NCBI GenBank assembly: GCA_963767005.1
Contig: CAVYCN010000008.1
Location: 64,001 to 128,000 of the forward strand
Length of the DNA: 64,000 nt
Direction: 5' to 3'
From: an uncultured Actinomycetes bacterium
GTDB lineage: Bacteria > Actinomycetota > Thermoleophilia > UBA2241
Positions 56,846-64,000 of this stretch are shown here, piece by piece (position 1 is the stretch's first letter; each line of letters starts with the position of its first letter). The translations under genes were made by a program, and so were the position numbers. Below the pieces are notes generated by a model that saw nothing but the letters and a program-made list of their open reading frames with translations, had not been told where the DNA came from and did no database searches.

Positions 56846-59286
56846 GCGCGCAGCCTCGCGACGCCGCTAAGGCGGCCGCGCCGGCCTCCCGCCCGGTGGC
56901 CGCCGTGCCGCAGATGACGCTCACGGTCGACGGGCACGAGGTGACGTGCGACCGCGGCGAGACCATCCTGCAGGCCGCCGAGCGGGCCGGGGTGCGCATC
57001 CCGACGCTGTGCTACGAGTCGCGTCTGCCGGCCTCGGCCGCCTGCCGCCTGTGCATGGTCGAGGTCGAGGGCTGGGGCAAGCCGGTGTCGAGCTGCTCGA
57101 CCTACGCCGCCGACGGCATCGTCGTGCACACCGACACCGAGAAGGTGCGCAAGATGCGGCGGCTCTATCTCGAGCTGCTGCTGTCCGACCACAGCTCGTT
57201 CTGCACGCCGCCCTGCGCCGACGCCTGCCCGACGGGGATCAAGATCCCGCAGTTCCTCGACGCCGTCGCACGGGGCGACTACGCCGCCGGCGTGCGCAAG
57301 CTGCGCGAGGACCTGCCGTTCCCGGCGATCCTCGGGCGCGTCTGCCCGCGGCCCTGCGAGGAGCCCTGCCGACGCCGTCTCGTCGACGAGCCCATCACGA
57401 TCTGCTCGCTGCACCGCTTCATGGCCGACCAGTGCCTCGACGACGAGCAGACCGGCGAGCTGCTCCTGCCCTACGAGCCGCGGCCCGACAGCGGCAAGCG
57501 TGTCGCCGTCGTTGGCGCCGGGCCGGCCGGCCTGGCCTGCGCGTTCTACGCCCGCCTCGACGGCCACCAGGTGACGATCTTCGAGGCCGAGTCGCGGCCC
57601 GGCGGCATGCTGCGCTACGGCATCCCCAGCTTCCGCCTGCCGCGCGAGGTGCTCGACAAGGAGCTCAACGTGCTCTGGCGCCTGGGCGTCGAGCTCGAGT
57701 GCGGCAAGCGCCTCGGCGCCGACCTGCGGCTCGACGACCTGACGGCGTCCTACGACGCCGTGTTCCTCGGCTTGGGCGCGCTGCACACCCCGGCGCTCGC
57801 CGTCGCCGGCGCCGAAGCGGCCGGCGTGACCGACGCGCTCGAGCTGCTGGCCGGCCTCGAGCGCGGCGACGACGTGACGGTCGGCGGCACGGTGGCCGTC
57901 GTCGGCGACGGCTTCGCCGCCGCCGAGGCCTGCCGCGTGGCGCGCCGCAAGGGCGCGACCGACGTCACCTGGCTCGCGCCGGGCGCGCGGGCCGACATGG
58001 CGACGCCGGCGGCCGAGATCGCCGCGGCACTCGACGAGGGCGTGCGGCTCGAAGAGGCCGTGGCGCCGATCGCCCTGCAGACCGGCGCCGGCGGCGCGCC
58101 GACCGGCATCGAGCTGCGTCGCGACGGCGGCGCCACGTTCGTGCTGGCCTGCGACCAGGTCGTGAACGCCGGCGCCCACGTGCCGCAACTCGACGGCACA
58201 AGCGAAGCGCAAGGCGTGGGCCGCACGGCGGCCGGCACCGTCCGCGTGAACGACGACACCCTGCAGACCGACGATCCGCGCATCTTCGCCGGCGGCGACG
58301 CCGTGCTGGGCGCGCGCACGGCGGTCGAGGCGGTCGCCCAGGGCAAGCGCGCCGCCTGGAGCATCGACGCGTTCCTGCGCGGCCACGACATGGCGGCCGT
58401 CGCGCGCGAGCTCGCCGAGGTGCGGGCGACGGCCTTCCCGGCCGCGCTCGCGGCGCGCAAGCGGCTCGACCCGGCCGTCGCCCGCCTGGCGGACGTCAAG
58501 CCGGTGTTCATCGACATGACGGTCGACGTCTCGCACCCGGCGCCGCGGCCGCGCATGCCCGAGCTGCCGGCGGCCGAGCGCGTGACCGGCTTCGCCGAGG
58601 TCGAGCTCGGCCTGACCGAGGAGCAGGCGCGCGAGGGCGCGGCCCTGTGCCTCGACTGCCACTGCCCGGCCAACGGCGAGTGCGAGCTGCAGAGCCTCGG
58701 CATCGAGTACGAAGTCTTCGAGAACCGCTTCCACGGGCAGGCGACCCACGACTACCCGGCCGACCTGCGCCACGACTTCATCATGCGCGAGCCCAACCGC
58801 TGCATCATGTGCCTGCGCTGCGTGCGCGTCTGCCGCATGGAGGTCGGGGCGAGCTGCTACGATGCCATGGGGCGCGGCTGGGACACGATCGTCTCGACGC
58901 CCGACAACCTGCCGCTGCAGACGGTCGGCTGCATCTCGTGCGGCAAGTGCGCCGAGACCTGCCCGACCGGCTCCATCGAGATCGACCGGCGCGTGCTGCG
59001 CAGCTACGATTTAGACGAGAGCCGCTGCATCTTCTGCGGCGAGTGCGTCGAGGTGTGTCCCTACGACGCGCTCGAGCAGACCGCCTTCTTCGAGCTCGCC
59101 GGCTACAGCCGCACGAAGCTCGCCGGCGAGTCGCTGTTCGTGCGCGTCCCGCAGAAGACCGACGGGCCGCGCCCCATCGTGGCCGACGTCGAGCCCCATG
59201 TGCGCGACGCGGTCGAGGGCAGAGGCTGGCAGTGGGCGCCGCTCAAGGGCGACGGCGACCTCGACGAGATCGAGCGTGACCTCTGA
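56842..59286 (+). CDS. NuoG-N/GltD-like FAD Fe-S protein fused to NuoI C-terminal half
   Basis: IPTLC..CRLC..C ([2Fe-2S]); LLSDH..C; GltD-like PCADACP, GRVCPRPCE, VGAGPAG, GGMLRYGIP; CLDCHC..C; CIMCLRCVRVC; CISCGKCAETCP; then YDLDESRCIFCGECVEVCPYDAL...FELAGYSR. Confidence 0.9.
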   Translation: MSAQPRDAAKAAAPASRPVAAVPQMTLTVDGHEVTCDRGETILQAAERAGVRIPTLCYESRLPASAACRLCMVEVEGWGKPVSSCSTYAADGIVVHTDTEKVRKMRRLYLELLLSDHSSFCTPPCADACPTGIKIPQFLDAVARGDYAAGVRKLREDLPFPAILGRVCPRPCEEPCRRRLVDEPITICSLHRFMADQCLDDEQTGELLLPYEPRPDSGKRVAVVGAGPAGLACAFYARLDGHQVTIFEAESRPGGMLRYGIPSFRLPREVLDKELNVLWRLGVELECGKRLGADLRLDDLTASYDAVFLGLGALHTPALAVAGAEAAGVTDALELLAGLERGDDVTVGGTVAVVGDGFAAAEACRVARRKGATDVTWLAPGARADMATPAAEIAAALDEGVRLEEAVAPIALQTGAGGAPTGIELRRDGGATFVLACDQVVNAGAHVPQLDGTSEAQGVGRTAAGTVRVNDDTLQTDDPRIFAGGDAVLGARTAVEAVAQGKRAAWSIDAFLRGHDMAAVARELAEVRATAFPAALAARKRLDPAVARLADVKPVFIDMTVDVSHPAPRPRMPELPAAERVTGFAEVELGLTEEQAREGAALCLDCHCPANGECELQSLGIEYEVFENRFHGQATHDYPADLRHDFIMREPNRCIMCLRCVRVCRMEVGASCYDAMGRGWDTIVSTPDNLPLQTVGCISCGKCAETCPTGSIEIDRRVLRSYDLDESRCIFCGECVEVCPYDALEQTAFFELAGYSRTKLAGESLFVRVPQKTDGPRPIVADVEPHVRDAVEGRGWQWAPLKGDGDLDEIERDL

Positions 59287-59789
59287 TGCCGCAGGGCGAC
59301 TTCCATCCCATCCTGTTCGTGATCGTCGCCGTCTGGGTGCTGGGCTGCGGCATCGCCGTGGTCGCCCTGCGCAACATCGTGCACTCGGCGATGGCGATGG
59401 TGGCCTGCTTCCTGGGCGTGGCGGCGGCCTACGTGCTGCTCGACGCCGGCCTGCTCGCCGTCATCCAGATCCTGATCTACGTGGGCGCCATCTCGGTCGT
59501 CGTGCTGTTCGCCATCATGCTGACCGAGCAGCAGCGCACCGGTCGCGGCTTCTACTTCAACCGCCAGTCGATCGTCGCCCTGCCGCTTGCCGTCGCGACC
59601 TTCGTCGTGCTCACCGTCGTGCTCGTGACCTCGAAGATGCCGCTCAGCGGCAGCCACGCGCACAATGTCTCGCTGACCGGCATCGCAAACGGCCTCTTCA
59701 GCGCCTACGTCTTTCCGTTCGAGCTCGTCTCGATCGTCCTGCTGTCGGCCATGGTCGGCGCCATCGTGCTGGCCCGCAAGGAGGACTAG
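59286..59789 (+). CDS. nuoJ: NADH-quinone oxidoreductase subunit J
   Basis: NIVHSA, QILIYVGAISVVVLFAIML, YVFPFELVS. Confidence 0.93.
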   Translation: MPQGDFHPILFVIVAVWVLGCGIAVVALRNIVHSAMAMVACFLGVAAAYVLLDAGLLAVIQILIYVGAISVVVLFAIMLTEQQRTGRGFYFNRQSIVALPLAVATFVVLTVVLVTSKMPLSGSHAHNVSLTGIANGLFSAYVFPFELVSIVLLSAMVGAIVLARKED

Positions 59790-59854
59790 CCGTGCCACGC
59801 AGTCACACCTGGCTGAGCCACAACAACGCAAGCCCATTGGGGGACTAGCAGGCC

Positions 59855-60163
59855 GTGAGCCCCGTCGACTGGTATCTGACCCTCGCCTCCGGCCTCTTCT
59901 GCATCGGCGCCTACGGCGTGCTCGCGCGGCGCAACGTCGTGCTCATCGTGATGAGCCTCGAGCTCATGCTGAACGCCGTGAACCTCGCCCTCGCCGCCTT
60001 CGCCGACTTCATGCCGGGGGCCGCCGGTCGCGGCACCTTCTTCGTGCTGTTCATCATCACCCTGGCGGCCGCCGAAGTGACGGTCGGCCTGGCGATCATC
60101 GTCGCCAACTACCGCAACCGCCGGTCGGTGCAGGCCGACGAGTTCAGCGAGATGAAGGGCTAG
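59855..60163 (+). CDS. nuoK: NADH-quinone oxidoreductase subunit K
   Basis: RRN, SLELMLNAVN, AAAEVTVGLAI. Confidence 0.95.
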   Translation: MSPVDWYLTLASGLFCIGAYGVLARRNVVLIVMSLELMLNAVNLALAAFADFMPGAAGRGTFFVLFIITLAAAEVTVGLAIIVANYRNRRSVQADEFSEMKG

Positions 60164-60173
60164 GGGGCCCGCC

Positions 60174-62069
60174 GTGCACGTCGCCATCGCCCTGATCCCG
60201 GCCCTGCCGCTCGCCGGCTTCGTGATCACGCTGCTGCTCGGCCGCAACGCGCTGGCCCGGCGGCCCGAGGTCGCGTCGCTCGCCGCCGTCACCGGCTCGT
60301 GGGTGCTCAGCATGGTCGTCGTGGCGCACGTCTTCGGCCACCACACGCAGACGATCGACGTGCACCTGTTCAGCTGGGTCTCGGCCGGCTCGTTTCAGGT
60401 GCAGTGGGGCTACTACGTCGATGCGCTCGCCGCCGTCATGCTCATCGTGGTCAGCACGATCGGCATGCTCGTGCACTACTACTCGATCGGCTACATGCGC
60501 GGCGACGGTGGCTACTACCGATTCTTCGCCTACCTCAACCTCTTCATGTTCGCCATGTTCACCCTCGTGCTGGCCGACAACTACCTGCTCATGTTCCTGG
60601 GCTGGGAGGGCGTGGGCCTCTGCTCGTACCTGCTGATCTCGTTCTGGTTCCACAAGAAGAGCGCCTCGCAGGCCGGCAAGAAGGCCTTCCTCGTCAACCG
60701 CGTGGGCGACTGGGGCTTCACCCTGGGCGTGTTCCTCATGTTCGTGACGTTCGGCACCCTGCAGTTCTCGCAGGTCTTCGCCCACGCGGCCCACGTGAGC
60801 CCGGGTCTCGTCACCTGGATCAGCCTGCTGCTCTTCGTCGGCGCGGTCGGCAAGAGCGCCCAGTTCCCGCTGCACGTCTGGCTGCCCGACGCGATGGAGG
60901 GCCCGACCCCGGTCAGCGCCCTGATCCACGCCGCCACGATGGTGAACGCCGGCGTCTACATGATCGCCCGCAGCTACCCGCTCGTGAGCCACTCGCACAC
61001 CGCCATGCTCGTCGTCATGGGGGTGGGCTGCTTCACGGCGATCTACGCCGCCTGTATCGCGCTCACCCAGAACGACATCAAGAAGGTGATCGCCTACTCC
61101 ACGATCTCGTCGCTCGGCTTCATGTTCATGGCGCTCGGCGCGGGCGCCTGGGTGGCAGGCATCTTCTACCTGTTCGCCCACGGCTTCTTCAAGGGCCTGC
61201 TCTTCCTGGGCTCGGGCTCGGTGATCCACGCCATGTCGGGCGAGCAGGACATGCGTCACATGGGCGGCCTGCGCAAGAAGCTGCCGCTCACCTTCTGGAC
61301 GATGATGGTCGGCGCCCTCGCCAACGTCGGTCTGTTCCCGTTCGCCGGCTTCTGGGCCAAGGACGAGATCCTGGGCGGCGCCTTCTCGGGCCACTACTAC
61401 GTGGTCTGGCTGGTGGGTCTGGTCACCGCCTTCGTGACGGCGGTGTTCATGTTCCGCCTCATGTTCCTGACCTTCTGGGGCGAGAACCGCGCCGACGCCG
61501 AGGTGCAGCATCACATCCACGAGTCGTCGGCCGTGATGACCGTGCCGCTCGTCATCCTTGCCGTGCCGGCCGCGGTGCTCGGCCTGGTGATCGGCCTGCC
61601 GCCCGGCGGCGGCTGGCTGCACACCTTCCTGCACCCGGTCTTCTTCAGAGTCGAGAGCGAGCACTTCGCCTGGGCCGGCACCGGTGGCGCCCTCATGCTC
61701 CTGTCGCTCGTCGTGGTCGTGCTCGGCATCGGCACGTCGTGGCAGGCCTACCTGCGGCGCCCCGAGCTGCCCGCGCGAGTCGCCGCTCGCGTGCCCTGGG
61801 CCTACCAGGCGTCGCTGCACAAGTTCTATATGGACGAGATCTACGACGCCGGTGTGGTGCGTCCGGTCATGGGCTTCGCCTCGTGGCTGTGGACGTTCGT
61901 CGACGTCAAGGTGGTCGACGGCGCCGTCAACGGCATCGCCGCCGTCTGGGCCGCCTTCGGGCGCGCCCTGCGGCCGCTGCAGACCGGCCGCGCCCAGAGC
62001 TACGCGTTCGGCGTCTTCGGCGGCCTGTTCGTGCTCGTCATCATCGTCCGCTACGTCTGGAGGGCCTGA
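60174..62069 (+). CDS. nuoL: NADH-quinone oxidoreductase subunit L
   Basis: GWEGVG, KSAQFPLHVWLPDAMEGPTPVSALIHAATMV, HGFFK. Confidence 0.95.
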   Translation: MHVAIALIPALPLAGFVITLLLGRNALARRPEVASLAAVTGSWVLSMVVVAHVFGHHTQTIDVHLFSWVSAGSFQVQWGYYVDALAAVMLIVVSTIGMLVHYYSIGYMRGDGGYYRFFAYLNLFMFAMFTLVLADNYLLMFLGWEGVGLCSYLLISFWFHKKSASQAGKKAFLVNRVGDWGFTLGVFLMFVTFGTLQFSQVFAHAAHVSPGLVTWISLLLFVGAVGKSAQFPLHVWLPDAMEGPTPVSALIHAATMVNAGVYMIARSYPLVSHSHTAMLVVMGVGCFTAIYAACIALTQNDIKKVIAYSTISSLGFMFMALGAGAWVAGIFYLFAHGFFKGLLFLGSGSVIHAMSGEQDMRHMGGLRKKLPLTFWTMMVGALANVGLFPFAGFWAKDEILGGAFSGHYYVVWLVGLVTAFVTAVFMFRLMFLTFWGENRADAEVQHHIHESSAVMTVPLVILAVPAAVLGLVIGLPPGGGWLHTFLHPVFFRVESEHFAWAGTGGALMLLSLVVVVLGIGTSWQAYLRRPELPARVAARVPWAYQASLHKFYMDEIYDAGVVRPVMGFASWLWTFVDVKVVDGAVNGIAAVWAAFGRALRPLQTGRAQSYAFGVFGGLFVLVIIVRYVWRA

Positions 62070-62071
62070 CC

Positions 62072-63661
62072 GTGGGCTGGCATCAGCAGGCGGGCTTTCC
62101 CATCCTCTCGGTCATCACGTACCTGCCGCTCGTCGGCGTCGTGATCATCGCCCTGTTCGGCAGGGGCCGGCCGACCTTCTACAAGGTCGTCAGCCTGGTC
62201 GTCACGCTGGCCGCCTTCGCGCTGTCGATCGTGCTGCTGCTCCGCCTCCACGCGAACCGGCCCGGCATGCAGTTCGTCGAGAACGTCGTCTGGATCAAGC
62301 GCTTCAACATCCACTACGGCTTCGGCATCGACGGCATCTCGGCGCTGTTCATCTTCCTGACCACGCTGCTCGGCTTCATCGTGATCATCGCGAGCTGGCA
62401 CTACGTCAAGGACCGCGAGCGCGGCTTCTTCGCGACGCTGCTGCTCCTCCAGGTCGGCATGACCGGCGTGTTCTGCGCGACCGACATCTTCCTGTTCTAC
62501 GTGTTCTGGGAGGCCATGCTGATCCCGATGTTCTTCATCATCGGGATCTGGGGCGGTCCCCGGAAGATCTACGCCGCCGTCAAGTTCTTCCTGTTCACGC
62601 TGGTCGGCAGCGTGCTCATGCTGGTCGCCATCATCGCCCTGGTCTGGTACGCGCGCGGCAACTCGCCGGTCGGGCTGACGTTCGACATCCAGCAGCTCTC
62701 GCACCTGATCCTGCCCTACGACCTGCAGCTCTGGGCCTTCGCCGCCTTCTTCGTCGCCTTCGCCATCAAGGTGCCGATGTGGCCGCTCCACACCTGGCTG
62801 CCCGACGCCCACGTCGAGGCCCCGACGGCGGGCTCCGTGATCCTCGCCGGCGTCCTGCTGAAGATGGGCGGCTACGGCATGCTGCGCTTCTGCCTGCCGA
62901 TCTTCCCCGACGCCGCGGTCGCCTTCATCCCGCTCGTCGTCGCCCTGTCGATCGTGGCCATCATCTACGGCGCCCTGGTGTCGATGCAGCAGAAGGACTT
63001 GAAGAAGCTCGTCGCCTACTCGAGCGTCAGCCACATGGGCTTCGTCACGCTCGGCATCTTCGTGTCGGTGGCCGTGCTCGGCAACGCCCAGGGCATGGTG
63101 GGCGCGATCCTCGTCATGTTCAGCCACGGCCTGCTCACGGGCGCCCTGTTCCTGCTGGTCGGCTTCCTCTACGAGCGCACGCACACGCGTGAGATCGCCG
63201 CGATGGCCCGTCTGGCCACGCCGCTGCCGGTGCTGGCCGGCTTCTTCCTGTTCTTCACGCTCGGCTCGCTCGGCCTGCCCGGCCTGTCGGGCTTCGTGGG
63301 CGAGTTCCTGAGCCTGCTCGGCCTGTTCCACTACTCGCACTGGATGGCGGCCGTCGCCGCCCTCGGCGTGATCCTGGCGGCCTGCTACCTGCTCTGGATG
63401 TTCCAGCGCGTCATGTTCAACGACCGCGGCGACGAGGCGGTCAAGCCGGCCTTCGCCCTGTCCGACTTCGGTGCGCGCGAGATCGCGTCGCTGCTGCCGC
63501 TCGTCGTGCTCGCCGTGTGGGTGGGCGTCTACCCCAACACCTTCATCAATCTCGTCCACCTGCCGGTCCAGCAGATCGTCGATCGCGTCGTGCCGTCCCT
63601 CGCCCAGGCCCACGGCGGGACACTCGCCGACCTCGGTCGTTTCGCACGGGGGCTGCTCTAG
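62072..63661 (+). CDS. nuoM: NADH-quinone oxidoreductase subunit M
   Basis: FYVFWEAMLIP, KVPMWPLHTWLPDAHVEAP, LKMGGYG, GFVGEF. Confidence 0.95.
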   Translation: MGWHQQAGFPILSVITYLPLVGVVIIALFGRGRPTFYKVVSLVVTLAAFALSIVLLLRLHANRPGMQFVENVVWIKRFNIHYGFGIDGISALFIFLTTLLGFIVIIASWHYVKDRERGFFATLLLLQVGMTGVFCATDIFLFYVFWEAMLIPMFFIIGIWGGPRKIYAAVKFFLFTLVGSVLMLVAIIALVWYARGNSPVGLTFDIQQLSHLILPYDLQLWAFAAFFVAFAIKVPMWPLHTWLPDAHVEAPTAGSVILAGVLLKMGGYGMLRFCLPIFPDAAVAFIPLVVALSIVAIIYGALVSMQQKDLKKLVAYSSVSHMGFVTLGIFVSVAVLGNAQGMVGAILVMFSHGLLTGALFLLVGFLYERTHTREIAAMARLATPLPVLAGFFLFFTLGSLGLPGLSGFVGEFLSLLGLFHYSHWMAAVAALGVILAACYLLWMFQRVMFNDRGDEAVKPAFALSDFGAREIASLLPLVVLAVWVGVYPNTFINLVHLPVQQIVDRVVPSLAQAHGGTLADLGRFARGLL

Positions 63662-64000
63662 ATGAACAACTCGGTCTTCATCGTGCTGCCCACCGTCGTC
63701 ATCCTCGCGACCGCGGTGGTCGTGCTGCTCGCCGACCTCGTCTTCGAGCGGCGCCCCAAGGTCCTCGGCTGGCTGTCCGCCGGCGGCCTCGTCGTGGCCG
63801 CCTCGGTGGCGATCGGCCAGTGGGCGACCTGGTCGGGTGGCGACGCGCTCTGGCGCGTCTTCACCGGCGGCCTCGGGTTCGGCGCCCGGCAGGGCAGATA
63901 CGGCTTCAACGGCATGGTCCGGCTCGACCAGTACGGGCTCTTCTTCACGGTGCTGTTCTGCGCGATCGGCGTGCTCACCGTCCTGCTGTCCGACGGCTAC
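63662..64000 (+). CDS. nuoN: NADH-quinone oxidoreductase subunit N (partial, runs off window end)
   Basis: ATG right after the nuoM stop; hydrophobic N-terminus, FNGMVRLDQYGLFF; expected operon position. Confidence 0.8.
   Translation, partial: MNNSVFIVLPTVVILATAVVVLLADLVFERRPKVLGWLSAGGLVVAASVAIGQWATWSGGDALWRVFTGGLGFGARQGRYGFNGMVRLDQYGLFFTVLFCAIGVLTVLLSDGY

Overview
High-GC chromosomal window. The gene content and several leaderless-type promoters suggest an anaerobic or microaerophilic Actinomycetota member, possibly Thermoleophilia-like (inference). Two systems stand out. (1) An apparently complete 12.3-kb casposon (15022-27330), a Cas1-dependent self-synthesizing transposon. It has ~52-bp terminal inverted repeats, a 14-bp target-site duplication containing the -35 box of the host rrf2 promoter, a stand-alone cas1 with C-terminal Zn-ribbon and HTH, a family B DNA polymerase with a related HTH and Zn-ribbon, an HNH nuclease, HTH proteins and cargo. 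The cargo includes a restriction-modification gene truncated by an IS3-like end. There is no CRISPR array or cas2. (2) A complex I (nuo) operon in which nuoI is split in two. The N-half is fused to NuoE, and the C-half is fused to the end of a NuoG/GltD hybrid flavoprotein, so an HydABC/Stn-like input module sits inside nuoI. The rest is mostly housekeeping: NAD salvage, two-component and c-di-GMP signalling, galE, korDABC, iorAB-ACT-paaK, PBP1A and tat. Smaller oddities are a candidate selenoprotein (FmdB), catalytically degenerate CobB and UDG paralogs, and a small palindromic repeat array. All calls come from reading motifs by eye; no searches were run.
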